A stretch of 64,000 nt of DNA from Octopus sinensis (lineage: Eukaryota), in contig NC_043019.1 in NCBI RefSeq assembly GCF_006345805.1, positions 14,135,360 to 14,199,359 of the forward strand. The letters are read 5' to 3'. Made by a program: the position numbers and the translations under genes. The notes beneath the pieces are model-generated. The model was not told where the DNA came from. It searched no databases and saw nothing but the letters and a program-made list of their open reading frames with translations. Positions 36,498 through 50,510 of the stretch are shown here, piece by piece. Numbering within the stretch: position 1 is the stretch's first letter; each line of letters opens with the position of its first letter.

Positions 36498-36980
36498 TCT
36501 TTTAGTTAGAAACTTTTTGGAAAAAACTACACTGATTGCTTTTCGCTAAAATTGTCTAGAAAGTGGAATGAAACGTGTGTATGTAATATAGGAACACACA
36601 CACTTTGATAGGTATATGTACATATATTTATGCGTGTATGTATACACACACACACACATGCATAGATAAATACACACAAACATACATATAAACAGACAGT
36701 TTTATGAGTAAATAATAATAATAATAAATAAAATACTGTCAACTGCGGTAATGTCATTATTTATTCATTTTATATGTATATATATATATATATATTCTTA
36801 ATAATTGCTTTCCGTTTTAATATTGTCTTTTATGTCGAAAACTATTGCAGGTTCTAGAGTTAGTCTCTCCCCCACACTCTCTTTATTTTTTATTTGTCTT
36901 AGGTAATCATTCTGAAAATCAGGTTGTTCGACAATAAATTCTGCTGTTTATTTTTTTATTTTTTGCATATTTTATACATA

Positions 36981-37391
36981 GGCGCAGGAGTGGCTGTGTG
37001 GTAAGTAGCTTGCTAACCAACCACATGGTTCCAGGTTCAGTCCCCCTGCGTGGCATCTTGGGCAAGTGTCTTCTGCTATAGCCCCGGGCTGACCAATGCC
37101 TTGTGAGTGGATTTGGTAGACGGAAACTGAAAGAAGCCTGTCGTATATATATATATATAAGTGTGTGCGTATATGTTTGTGTGTCTGTGTTTGTCACCCT
37201 AGCATTGCTTGACAACCAATGCTGGTGTGTTTACGTCCCCGTCACTTAGCGGTTCGGCAAAAGAGACCGATAGAATAAGTACTGGGCTTACAAAGAATAA
37301 GTCCCGTGGTCGAGTTGCTCGACTAAAGGCGGTGTTCCAGCATGGCCGCAGTCAAATGACTGAAACCAGTAAAAGAGTAAGAATAAAAGAG
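36981..37391 (+). mobile_element. SINE-A, full length
   Basis: Complete copy. Confidence 0.9.
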
Positions 37392-37544
37392 AGGGGAAGT
37401 AACCGAGGAATTGTTTGAGGCTTCATTTCTTTTGCTTCTAAAGGAGACGATAAACCTGTCTATAACATCTATAAGATATTTACATAGAAGAAAATAAAAG
37501 GGCTGGGCAGTGTGTATTTAATACAGAATTTAATTTCTGTGTTC

Positions 37545-37580
37545 CTTTCTGTGGAAGAGCATAGGCTCGAAACGTAAAAG
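37545..37580 (+). ncRNA. Minimal type-I hammerhead-ribozyme-like motif in a Penelope-like terminal fragment (fragment ~37520-37672)
   Basis: cttt-CTGTGGAA-GAGC(atag)GCTC-GAA-ACGT-A-aaag: stems I and II and a palindromic stem III are visible; the core deviates from CUGANGA. Confidence 0.45.
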
Positions 37581-37671
37581 ACTTTTTCTATTCCCGAGCG
37601 CTATATTAATACATCTGTTTGTTTTCTACACCACCTGTCTTCGTCTTTTGTTTTTTTCATGAATTCTCCCT

Positions 37672-37689
37672 ATATATATAAATATGTAT

Positions 37690-37746
<57 letters not shown>

Positions 37747-37820
37747 AATATGTATTATGTGTGTGTATATACATATGTAAATATGTATTATGTGTGTGTA
37801 TATACATATGTAAATATGTA

Positions 37821-37851
<31 letters not shown>

Positions 37852-38392
37852 TATATATATCATATATATATGTATAATGTAAATATGTGTGTATGTTTGT
37901 ATATAATAAATGTAAATGTGTATGCGTATATAATGTAAATATGTGTGTGTGTGCGTATATATGTGCATACACATATATGTATGTGTGTATATATGTATAA
38001 ATGTGTGTGTATATGTATATATGTGTGTGTATATATGTATATATATATATACATGTATGTGTATGTATCTATATATATATATCTATATATATATATATGT
38101 ATGTGTATGTATCTATATATATCTATCTATATGTATGTGTATGTATCTATATATATATCTATATATATATATGTATGTGTATGTATCTATATATATATAT
38201 CTATATATATATATATGTATGTGTATGTATCTATATATATCTATCTATATGTATGTGTATGTATCTATATATATCTATATATATATGTATGTGTATGTAT
38301 CTATATATATCTATATATATATGTATGTGTATGTATCTATATATATCTCTCTCTTATATATATATATATGTGTGTGTATGTGTGTGTATATA
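37672..38392. repeat. (TA/TG/TATC) compound microsatellite with 26-34-bp superunits
   Basis: Direct reading. Confidence 0.95.
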
Positions 38393-38954
38393 ATTATAGG
38401 AAAACACTTGTTAGAGACACGACAACAGCGTGTAGGGAAAAAGGAAATCTCAGTGAGCCAAAGTAGAATGACATCTCAGTTGTTATTCCGTTTGATCATC
38501 CGTATAGTTTTTCAGTTGAAATATTCCTGTTAAAACGGTGGGTGGCATGTTGTCTGTTACTGTTGCCTGTGCATACACACACACGTGTGTGTTGGTGTGT
38601 GCACACGCGCATAGTACTCCACGAATGATGTAATCCATAGTTATTCATGATCTGATGTTTGGTGAGGAAAACATTTTAGATCTTTTATGCAAATTGTCAT
38701 TGAATGTTGTTTGCATTGGTTTTTCTAGATCGTTCACCTGTTTAGGAGAACTGAGTCAATGGAAGATGATGATGATGATATTAATAATAATAATAGTAAT
38801 AATAATAATAATGGTTTCAAATTTTGGCACAAGGCCAGTAATTTCAGGAGAGGGCTCAAGTCAATTATATTGACCCCCAGTGTTTAACTGGTACTTCTTT
38901 TATCAAAGAAAGGCAAACTTGAACTTGGCAGAATTTGAATAATAATCATAAAAA

Positions 38955-39091
38955 TCATTCTTCTTCTTCTTCTTCCTCTTCTTCAATTCTTCTTCTTCTT
39001 CAATTCTTATTCTTATTCTTCTTCCTCCTCCTCTACTTCTTCTTCTTCTTCCTCCTCTACTTCTTCTTCTTCCTCTTCTTCTTCCTCTTCA
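38955..39091. repeat. (CTT)n degenerate trinucleotide tract
   Basis: Direct reading. Confidence 0.9.
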
Positions 39092-39101
39092 CCTACACCT
39101 A

Positions 39102-39782
39102 CACCGAAGGCCGGATATGGTAACCTTCAGGAGGGACAAACAAGAATGCCCAAGAATCGACGTAGCAGTGCCAGGAGATCAACATACCATCATGAAAGAA
39201 AGAGAAAATGTTGATAAATATGGAGACCTGAGAATTGAGATCGCTAAGATGTGGCAACTACAAGAATCGAACACAAAGGTTATCCCTATTATCATCAGAA
39301 CATTGGGTTCAATACCAACCAATCTGAAGAAAAACCGAAAACTTTAGAGATACCCTACAATCTCTATGTATTGCAAAAGTCGGCATTACTTGGAACTGCA
39401 CACATATTGCGTAAAGCACTGTCTGTCTGAGGTCCTTGTTGTGACTTAACAAATAGTACAAACCCCCGGTAGACACAATACCTATTTCTTTACTGCCCAC
39501 AAGGGGCTAAACATAGAGGGGACAAACAAGGATAGACAAACGGATTAAGTCGATTACATCGACCCAGTGCGTAACTGGTACTTAATTTATCGACCCCGAA
39601 AGGATGAAAGGCAAAGTCGACCTCGGCGGAATTTGAACTCAGAACGTAACGGCAGATGAAATACAGCTACGCATTTCGCCCGGCGTGCTAACGTTTCTGC
39701 CAGCTTGCCGCCTTAAAGGTAGACACAATACCTTTAATCAACAACCTCACGATATACTGTATACTGTGCAACATCTATAATA
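39102..39782 (+). mobile_element. R4/Dong-like RLE LINE 3' fragment, interrupted by SINE-B
   Basis: HRRPDMV...IDVAVPGD...KERENVDKYGDLRIEIAKMW...VIPIII.TLG, then after a frameshift LQKSALLGTAHILRKALSV*; this is a PD-(D/E)xK RLE domain. The 3' UTR resumes after 39733. Confidence 0.8.
39484..39717 (-). mobile_element. SINE-B monomer with 16-bp TSD
   Basis: TSD ggtagacacaatacct at 39468-83 and 39718-33. Confidence 0.95.
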
Positions 39783-40180
39783 ATCTCTATATGTGTAAAG
39801 CTGAATCTGTCTGTGTGTGACAGGTTTGGTAGCCTTCACCTAACACTATATCCTCCGAGACCCTGCGGTGCAAGTTGACCAAAATTGAGAGTATGATAGA
39901 AGAAGGCTTGCTCTTCCTTCCGTAGAAGAAAAAATTCAAATCGGACCATGCTAACTACAAAAATTATTTTCATCAAAAAGGTGCTTTTTTTCTATGAAAA
40001 TCCCTATTTTTTACGATTTTTTTACTGCTGTGTCGCCATTTTTCGGTGTATTTCAACCAGGAAAATGTTCACTTAAAGAGAATAACAAGCTACATAATGC
40101 AAAATTTTTACTTTACAAACATTCCAATTCTAAAGAGTCGAAAAGAAAACAAGCTTGAGCATCGCTGGGCTATACTGCTA

Positions 40181-40182
<2 letters not shown>
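39783..40182 (-). mobile_element. Helentron/HINE-like element, copy 2
   Basis: Reverse complement of 31806-32198 along its whole length. Confidence 0.65.
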
Positions 40183-40209
<27 letters not shown>

Positions 40210-40222
<13 letters not shown>

Positions 40223-40790
40223 GTTTTAAATTTTGGCACTGGGTCAGCAGTTTTTGAGGGGAGGGGGCAGTTGATTGTATCGATTTTAGTATTTGACTGG
40301 TTCTTATTTTATTGACTCTGAAAGGGAAAAAGAGTTCATCGACCTCAGTGGAATAATAATTTGAATAATAATTAATAATCTTTTTTGCTGTTTCTACTTG
40401 TAATAATGGTTTCAAATTTTGGCACAAGGACAGTCATTTTTTTTTTTTTTTTGTGGAGGCGGGCAAATAGATTACATCGATTCCAGTGCATTATTGGTAC
40501 TTTATTTTATCAACCCCAAAAAGGATGAAAGGCAAAGTTGACCTCAGTGGAAATTGAACTCAGAACCTTTTTTACCGGCATGCTAATGATTCTACCAGCT
40601 TGCCACCTTATTAATAATGATAATAATAATAATAATAACGATGATTTGTAATTTTGGCACAAGGCCAGCACTTTCAGACGAGAGGACAAGTTGATTATAT
40701 TGACCCCTGTATTCAACTGGTACTTATTTTATTAGGCCTGAGAGGATGAAAGACAAAGTGGACCTCAGTGGAATTTGAACTCACAACTCT
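40210..40790 (-). mobile_element. Cluster of three SINE-B2 copies separated by (AAT)n tails
   Basis: Repeated aaattttggcacaagg...ggatgaaaggcaaagttgacctc segments. Confidence 0.7.
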
Positions 40791-41229
40791 AAGACATATA
40801 TATATACACAGACACTGTTCTATTGTAAGAAGTCTGCTTCCCAACCACATGGTTCCAAGTTCAGTCCCACTGCATGGCACATTGGGCAAGTGTCTTCTGC
40901 TATAGCCTCAGATTGACCAAAGCCTTGTGAATGGATTTGGTAGACGGAAACTGAAAGAAGCCCTTTATGTGTGTGTGTGTATCTATGTGTGTGCGTGTGT
41001 GTGTATATATATATATATGTGTATTAATTTGTGTGTATTTATGTGTATATATGTATGTATGTATGTATATATGTATGCATTTATGTATGTGTGTATATAT
41101 ATGTATGTATATATATATATATATATATGTAGGTATGTATGTATGTATATGTATGTTGGTATGTATATGTGTGTGTATGCATATATGTGTATATATGTAT
41201 GTACATATGTATGTATGTATGTATGTATG

Positions 41230-41261
<32 letters not shown>

Positions 41262-42044
41262 TTTTCTGAACAATTACTGAAAATTGCCTAAAATATCTAA
41301 TATTCCTCTCCTACAGAATATATTTTAAAATTTTATTGAATAATTTCCAGCCATTATCTTCCTTTCTGCTAAACCATTTCCTACATTTCATTACAAAACT
41401 TGGGTTTTTTCAAAATTTTATATTATTTATCTATTTTCTATAAATAGATTTCCTTTCCTCCCACTTCCACAAATATTTGCATATTAAATTGAACACAAAC
41501 CAATGGTTAATCAATGTCTCCCTCTGCCTGTCTCTCTCTCTGTCTCTCTCTCTCTCTCTTGCTCCCTTTTCTTCTTTCTATCTCTCTAGAAGTTTCTTGT
41601 CAAGTTTTAATTTAATTTATTTTTCCGTCTTCATTCTCTGAGGTATTTTTCTTTCCTGCTACCTGGGTATTTTTTATTTTTTATTTTTCCATTTTTTTTT
41701 ATCATGTTTTTCCCTTTTTCTCTCTTTTTTTTTTTTTTTTTTCTTTTTCGAATTCTGTTTATAATGCTTTTGTGAACTCAGTCACTGGAGACAGACAAAT
41801 CTGGTGCCGTGTTGTTGTTGTTGTACAAACACATGTTTGGTGGAGGGATACGGAGGAATGAGAAATAGCAAGGAAGTGGAATAAGACGAAATGTAAAGAA
41901 TCAATAAAATGTTCGATATCATTGATTCTTGCTGCCTTTTTGGAGCTTATGCTTGCATTAGAATATGCTATCTTCTCTTTGGTTTGGCATCTGTGGCTGC
42001 TTCTTAGACTTAGTAACGATATATTACTCTGATAACAGTAAAGC

Positions 42045-42048
42045 TCTG

Positions 42049-42080
<32 letters not shown>

Positions 42081-42899
42081 GTATATGTAGGCGCGTATAA
42101 AGTGTGTGTGATTGTGTGTGCATGTGTGAGAGTGCCTGTATTTATGTATGTATATGTCTGTACTTGTATGCATATATGTGTGTGTATATGTATGTATATA
42201 TCTATACTTATATGTATGTGTACTGGTATGTGTAGTATGTATATACTTGTATGTATATTTATATATATATATATCTATATGTGTGTATGTGTATATATAT
42301 ATGTGTATGTATATGTATATTATGTATATATATATGTGTGTGAGTGTGTATATATATGTATATATATATGTGTGTGTGTATATATATATATATATGTATA
42401 TATATATGTGTGTGTATATATATATATGTATATATATGTGTGTGTATATATATATATGTATATATATATGTGTGTGTATATATATATATGTGTATATATA
42501 TATGTGTGTGTGTATGTATATATATATATGTGTATATATATATGTGTGTGTGTATGTATATATATATATATGTATATATATATGTGTGTGTGTATGTATA
42601 TATATATATATGTATATATATGTGTGTGTGTATGTATATATATATATATGTATATATATGTGTGTGTGTATGTATATATATATATATGTATATATATATG
42701 TGTGTGTGTGTATGTATATATATATATATGTATATATATATATGTGTGTGTATATATATATATGTGTATATATATATGTGTGTGTGTATATATATATATG
42801 TGTATATATATATATGTGTGTGTGTATATATATTATGTGTATATATATATATGTGTATATATATATGTGTGTGTATATATATATATGTGTATATATATA

Positions 42900-42942
<43 letters not shown>

Positions 42943-43440
42943 GTGTTGTGTATGTATATATATATATATGTATATATATGTGTGTGTGTATGTATATATA
43001 TATATGTATATATATTGTGTGTGTGTATGTATATATATATATATGTATATATATGTGTGTGTGTATGTATATATATATATATTATATATATATATGTGTG
43101 TGTATGTATATATATATATATGTATATATATATGTGTGTGTGTATGTATATATATATATATGTATATATATATATGTGTGTGTGTATGTATATATATATA
43201 TATGTATATATATATATGTGTGTGTGTATGTATATATATATGTATATATATATATGTGTGTGTGTATGTATATATATATATATGTATATATATATGTGTG
43301 TGTGTATGTATATATATATATATGTATATATATATGTGTGTGTGTATGTATATATATATATATGTGTGTGTGTATGTATATATATATGTAGATATATATA
43401 TATCTATGTATGTATATGTATGTATGTATGTGCGTGTCTA
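42045..43440. repeat. ~1.4-kb (TA)/(TG) compound microsatellite
   Basis: Direct reading; source of the 367-435-aa C/I/V/Y/M ORFs. Confidence 0.95.
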
Positions 43441-44756
43441 TGCGTAGATAATTAATGATGTATTTCTAACCTTTAAATTTTCTTTCCAGTGCTGCCTTTG
43501 TATGTTATAAATCAGAACCAATATATTTTCATAATACTCAGAGATGTCCTAAATTTCTTGCTATATTTTAGCTATAAATATTCTATAAAATTGGTCTTAG
43601 AATATACCATTCTCTCTTGTTTCAGTCATTGGACTGTGGCAAGGCTGGGGCACTGCCTTGAAGAGTTTTAGTCGAACTGTTTGACCCCCAAAGACTTCTT
43701 TTTCTTTAAGTGAAATTTTCAGATGCTTTTCTCCTGTGTGCAAATTCATTTTGCTGATGTTGTGATGTCTCTGTTTTTGAGCTAGAGAATGATATATTTA
43801 TTTCATCATTTTTTCTTCCGGTGAACCACCAAGTTTCAAAGACATAAACTAACATTGGTCTTCAAGCAGTGCTGACGGACAAACACAAAGACACATGCAC
43901 ACGTATACACGTATAACTATACAATGGTCTTCTTTTAGTTTCTGTTTACCAGATTAACTCTCAAGGATTTGTTTGGTCCAGGGCTATAGTAGAAGACACT
44001 TGCCCAAAGAGAGGTGTAGTGACCTGGGCATTATTGTTGACAGCGATTTGCATTGGACAAAACACATTGCTAAAATTGCCAAGAAATATGGTAACAAAAA
44101 GGGTTTGAAGTGATCTAAATTAACCTTCCATCAAAATTTCATGTTAAGTTACATTCTAAACATCAGCTAAATAATGGCAAGTTGTCACTAAATTCTTCAT
44201 AATTATCAAAATTAATCGAAGCAAAGGCTGTGTATTTCACTAGAAACGTATTACTAAAAGAGTTAACACATCTGTTTGGTCTATATTAAAATATTCCTTC
44301 TCAGGAAAGATAGCCATCTGAGGAAATCTATCCAAAGACAATTCCCTTGTGGAATTCCTGAAATAAAATGCAAGAATATTACCTATTCCAGTCATTTGCC
44401 ATAATTGAATCAGAATGTGCTGGAATGCCATAGAATTAAAGCAGACATTACTTTGTTCTACGGAAATAATTATGGATAAAAAGATAATTAAATTTATATT
44501 TTTATCTTTTACTTGTTTCGGTCACTGGACGGTGGCCATGCTGGAGCGCTACCTTGAGGGATTTTAGTCGAACAGATCGATTCCAGTACTCATCATCATT
44601 GTTTAATGTCCATTTTCCATACTAGCACGGGTTGGACGGTTCGACCGGGGTCTGGGAAGCCAGGAGGCTGCACCGGGCTCCAGTCGGATCTGGTGTTTCT
44701 ACAGTTGGATGCCTTTCCTAATATCAACCACTTTAGTAGTAGTAGTAATAATAATG

Positions 44757-44788
<32 letters not shown>

Positions 44789-45139
44789 CCTTTCTACAGG
44801 AAGCACAAGGCCTCAAATTTGGGGGAAGGGATTAAGTTGATTACATCAACCTCAGTGCATAACTGGTACTTATTTAATCAACCCTGAAAATGGCCACGAT
44901 CGGTTGGTGCTTTTTACATGCCACCGGCACAGGTATCACAACTACAATTTCCATTTGATTTTTTGATGTTGATGTACTTGACAAAATAGGTCTCCTCAAG
45001 CCAAAACTTTAGTGCTTCTTTGATTGGTCTCTTTGCCAAACTGCAAAGTTACAGGGAGATAAACAAACCAACACTGGTTGCCAAGTAGGTGAAGAACACA
45101 GACACATGCGTGCATGCACACACAGTATGACAAAAGCAT

Positions 45140-45435
45140 ATGGCCTAGTGGCTACGATGTTGAACTCACAATCATCAGATCATAAGTTCAATTCCTGGAT
45201 GAAGCAGCATGTTGTGTTCTTGGGCAGAAGACTTCATTTCACATTGCGCCATTCCACTCAGGTGTAAATGGGTAACCCTGTGATGGAATAGCCTTCTGAT
45301 GAGTGGTGAGGTGGGGTGAATGTTCGCCTGCTCACCTATCCAGTGGGGTGGCATCATTCGAAAGCTAAAATGATGCAAAGCGCATTGTGACCAGCAATGT
45401 ACAACAACATCTGATAGTCTGGTCAATCACATGAT
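45140..45435 (+). mobile_element. tRNA-headed SINE whose 3' part is shared with 20962-21075
   Basis: A/B-box-like head; tail gcattgtgaccagc...caacatctgatag..tggtc recurs. Confidence 0.6.
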
Positions 45436-45515
45436 TTATATGCAACAGGCTTCCACACAGTTTCCGTTTACCAAATACACTCACAAGACATTGGTTGGCC
45501 TGAGGCTATAAGTGG

Positions 45516-45769
45516 GTGAAGGTGCGTGGCTTAGTGGTTAGGGTGTCAGCATCATGATCGTAAGATTGTGGTTTCGATTCCTGGACTGGACGACGCGTTG
45601 TGTTCTTGAGCAAAACACTTCATTTCATGTTGCTCCAGTCCACTCAGTAGGCAAAAATAACACTACGATGGACTGGTGTCCCGTCCAGCTGGGGAACACA
45701 TACGCCATAGAACCCGGGAAACCGAGCCCATGAGCCTGACTAGGCTTTAAAAAGGGTGCATTTGGGGGG
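45516..45769 (+). mobile_element. V-type tRNA SINE inserted in a minus-strand SINE-A (45445-45860)
   Basis: 14-bp TSD gaggctataagtgg at 45502-15 and 45770-83; cgatggactggtgtcccgtccag resembles the V-SINE domain as I recall it. Confidence 0.8.
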
Positions 45770-46745
45770 GAGGCTATAAGTGGACACTTGCCCAAGCTGC
45801 CACGCTGTGGGATTGAACCAGAAACCAAACGACTGCAAATGAGCTTTTTAGCCACATATCATGCTTGCACCTGTTTCTGATAATGTTTGCTGATGAATTT
45901 ATTTATTATCTTCATTTTAATGTCCACTCTTTCATGGACCATACGAAATTCATTGATTCAGATTTTCTACAGCTGGATGCTCTTCCTATCACCAACCCTC
46001 ACCTATTTCTGAGCAAGCACTAAACTGCACCCCACCCCCCACACACACACATACACACACAATGGTCTTCAGGTTCCATCTACAAAATCCACTCAAAGAT
46101 TTATTGACTCTAGACAACAGAAGATGGGAATGAACTCCAAGCCTTGTGGTTGCAAAGTGAACTTCTTAGCCATACCTGTACACCATTACCATCATCATTT
46201 TACATTCTTAAATTCAATTCCATTCTTCTGGCATCGGGAATGCACCGACAAAGTATTCTAAGAACATTGGGTGGATGCCCAGAAACTGTTCCAAGAACTC
46301 TCAGATATTTATAAATCTGTGTACTTTGGCAAATATAATGAAATGATTATGAAGATGCATGTATGTGGAATAACTTTTAGCTCTGTCTGTCAATGGTAGT
46401 GCCAAAGGTTTGACTGTGCAAGGTGGCTGGTAAATGCAGATGTTCAGGTTTTGGATTTAATATTTCTGCATCAGTAAGAAAGGTATCTGGTATATATTCT
46501 TTTATTTATTATTTGAAATTTTGAGATTTTTTAATAATTACTGGTGCTATGTTCCATATTTTGCAAATATAATTTGAATAGGTGCTGGCATGGCTGTGTG
46601 GTTTAGAAGTTTGTTTCCCAACCATATGGTTTTGGGTTCAGTCCTACTGTGTGGCACCTTTGGCAGTTGTCTTTTACTATAGCTTGAGGTTGTCCAAAGT
46701 TTTGTGACTGAATTTAGTAAATGGAAAGTGAAAGAAGCCTGCTGC

Positions 46746-46828
<83 letters not shown>

Positions 46829-48204
46829 CCACACACATACATATATACAAGCAAAACGCCCCTTCGTCCAATGGACTGTGCTGAGTTGTCAAACATTTAA
46901 ACCAAATTTTCTCAAAACAACTTTGAGAAACATTGATTTAACCTAAATTTGAGACACCAGCACCTTTCCGTTTGCCGACCCCGGACCCCACAAAAAGCAC
47001 ATACTGCTTACAGCAGCGCTAAGAGTGCTGCCCCAGTGGACCCCTTCCCCCACAGCTACGCCAGTGTTTGCACATTAATTTCACAAGCTGACTGTTCCAG
47101 TGACCGTATCAATCGGAATGCTCGTATTATTGTAACCAAAGGATTACCTCCCTTGACATCATGTGGCAGTTGTAAATGAGTGTCCCTGTCATACAAGCAG
47201 TGTCGTGCATTTCAAATCTTCCATGAAAACACGTCTTGTCATGGGGAAATATTACCTCAAAACAGGTGAGAGTTGAGGACAAGAAGGGCATCCAACTATA
47301 GACAACAGGAAAGGTATTTGGCCGTAGAACATTCTTTGACATATTCTTGTCTAACCCATACAGGAATGGAAAAGTAGATGTTAAAACGATGATGATGGAT
47401 TTATGAAAGAAAAACTCAAAACTTCCTTTGTTATAAATATTCTTTGATGCTTTATTCTTTGTCTCTGCAGAAAATCTATTCCAAGAATTTTTGACATGTG
47501 TTTTCATCAATTTCGACATGATCTTCAATTTTATCTTCTGATTTCAAAACTATTTTTTTCTTCTTTCTTTCATCTTCACCGGGAATTTTCCATTTCTTTT
47601 GTTATGGCATCAGAATTATTATTTCTCACTACCATTTTTCTCTTTTTATTTATTTATTCAGATATAGCAGCACCGTTTTAAGATTTAACTATTCTTGACA
47701 TCTGAAAGAAGCAAAATTTACAATTCCATATTTTTTTATTTTTCTGCTTATATTTTAACTTAATTAAAATAAATTCTATTTTGGAGGGTGACATGAACTT
47801 ATAAAAGCATGTAAAACAAAATATTTATTCTCTATAAATGGTCGTGGCTTTCATATTTCTTTCACCTCCAATAAATAAAATTGACTTATTATGGCCAATC
47901 TATTCGTATAAACATTTCTTGTCAGTTCTTTTCAAAGTCACTTCGGTTCTTTTTACTTCTTGTTTACCATTTCAAAATTCTGTATTTGTCGAACTTTCTC
48001 ATATCATAAAATCATAACCTAATTACAAGATATGCTAATGATGTTTCTCATTATAACGAGACAGATGAGAGGATTATAATCAGAAAATAACATTCGGTTT
48101 TTAATGTGGTGCATATTTTCATTAGACTTATTGAACTGCTACCGATTCTTATTACAAATTCTTGCATATTCTAACATGATAGTTATTGCCGAGTTTGGGA
48201 ATGG

Positions 48205-48243
<39 letters not shown>

Positions 48244-48477
48244 TGTGAGTGTAGGTGTGGTTGTGTGGTTAAGAAGCTTGTTTCTAATCCTATGGTTTTG
48301 GGTTCGTTTCAACTGCATGGGACCTTGGGCTGTGTCTTTCTACTATAGTCCCCAGCTGAGCAATTCCTTGTTCCGTTTGAGTGAATTTAGTAGATCTGCT
48401 TTCTTGTTTCAGTGATTTGACTGTATCCTATGCTGGGACCCTGCCTTGAAGAGTTTTTAATCGAAGGAATTGACCCT

Positions 48478-49140
48478 CTTTTACTCTTGTTTCGGTCATT
48501 TGACTGTGGCCATGCTGGAGCACTGCCTTTAGTCGAGCAAATCGACCCCAGAACTTATTCTTTGTAAGCCTAGTACTTATTCTAGGAGGGGGGGGACAAA
48601 CACAGACTCACAAACATATACACACACATGCATACATATATGTATATATATATATATACACACACACATACATATATACACATACATATATACGACAAGC
48701 TTCTTTCAGTTTCCGTCTACCAAATCCACTCACAAGGCTTTGGTCAGCCCGAGGCTATAGTGGAAGACACTTGCCCAAGATGCCACGCAGTCGGACTGAA
48801 CCCAGAACCATGTTGTTTGTAAGCAAGCTACTTACCACACAGCCACTCCTACGCCCCTATACTTTTTTTTTCTTTTTTAAGCATGGTATTTATTCTGTTG
48901 CTTTCTTTTGCTGAACTGCTAAGTTACAAGGGACTTAAACAAACCAGTTGTCAAGCAGTGATGGGGGACAAACATACACACACACACAAGCTTCTTTCAG
49001 TTTCCACCTACCAAATCCACTCACAAGGCTTTGGTCAGTCTGAAGCCATTGTAGAAGATACTTGACGAAGGTGTCACGTAATGGGGACTGAACCTGAAGC
49101 CTTGTGGTTGGGAAGGAAACTTCTTACCATACAGCCATGC
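48478..49140 (-). mobile_element. Two adjacent SINE-A copies
   Basis: Reverse-complement heads end at ~48855 and ~49140. Confidence 0.8.
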
Positions 49141-49279
49141 CTAAATTCTTCATTATTTTCTAAATTAATTGAAACAAAAGAAGTATTTCAACTGAAATAT
49201 GATAACAAAAGTGTTAAGGGAGATTTGCCTGCTATTTCTAGTAGATTGAATAAGTTGGTTAGAGAGACATATATACTCT

Positions 49280-49677
49280 TATTTCTTTATTGCCCACAAG
49301 GGGCTAAACATAGAGGGGACAAACAAGGACAGACTGATTAAGTTCGTAACTGGTACTTATTTAATCAACCCCGAAAGGATGAAAGGCTAAGTCGACCTCG
49401 GGGGAATTTGAACTCAGAACATAGCGGCAGACAAAATACCAATTTTTCTTTACTACCTACAAGGGACTAAACACAGATTGGACCAACAAGGACAGACAAA
49501 GGGATTAAGTCGATTATATTGACCCCAGTGCGTAACTGGTATTTATTTAATCGACCCTGAAAGGATGAAAGGCTAAGTCGACCTTGGCGGAATTTGAACT
49601 CAGAACATAGCAGCAGACGAAATATGGCTAAGCATTTCGCCCGGCATGCTAACGTTTCTGCCAGCCCGCCGCCTTAT
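49280..49677 (-). mobile_element. SINE-B dimer with perfect 15-bp TSD
   Basis: TSD agacatatatactct at 49265-79 and 49678-92; junction aaaataccaatttttc at ~49433-48. Confidence 0.9.
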
Positions 49678-50371
49678 AGACATATATACTCTCTCTCTCT
49701 CTCTCTCTCTCTCATTAACCCCATAGCCCCTTCTTTGCTGTGATAGAAAGTAACAAAGCTGTAAATGCTAGCTCTGTGAGACATGGCAGGATATTAAGCA
49801 GACTGCCTTAACATTGCATCTGAAGATAAGAAATTGCATTGAAACATCAATAATGTTCTTCTGCTATAAATTTCAATGTTGAACTTGCGGAAATGATGGA
49901 GTAGTTTTACTTGAACACTTTAATTAGTTTAATGAGCCTGTTTCGTTGTATGCAGTCGGAATGTGACATTTTGTTTTTCACTGAGGTAGAGCTATGTCGT
50001 GTCAAAACTATAGACAAGACATCTATTGCTGTTTGCGTCTTCTTTAATGACTGTTTTAGCCTGGCTGTGTTCTTCAAATGAAAAGAGAAATTTAATGGTT
50101 GTAAGACGGCAACTATGAATCATTATATTACGGAGCCAAAGAAATTGGTTTAGCCATTATTGAAGAAGTGTAATTTAAGAAGCCTGGAAAATAAAATATA
50201 GGAGATAAATGACTGGGCCATTTATCTACCACATTTCACAGATGTGGCTGTGTGGTTTAGAAGTTCGCTTTGCAACCATGTGGTTTTGAGTTCAGTCCCA
50301 CTGTGCAGCACCTTAGGCAAATGTCTTTTACTATAACCCTGGGGCACCGGATGCTGTTATACCAGGCCATT

Positions 50372-50510
50372 GGATGCTGTTATACACCACTAGCCACAAT
50401 GTGCTTCCAGTTCTATCTTGATTGGGCCATTCTTTTCCATCTTGGCCCAAATTGTTTAACCAGATTGTCTTCCCATCATCATGGAGATCTTCCATGTGGC
50501 CTGCTCGTTA
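50372..50510 (-). mobile_element. RTE LINE extreme C-terminal fragment (different subfamily)
   Basis: GRPHGRSP**WEDNLVKQFGPRWKRMAQSR*NWKHIV fits GRP..RW.D.L....G..W.R.AQDR..W. Confidence 0.55.

Noticed and set aside
42102-43455. ORFs of 367-435 aa (and similar ones at 7691, 19290, 37943, 40927)
   Set aside because: They are translations of dinucleotide or tetranucleotide microsatellites that lack stop codons; there is no protein signal.
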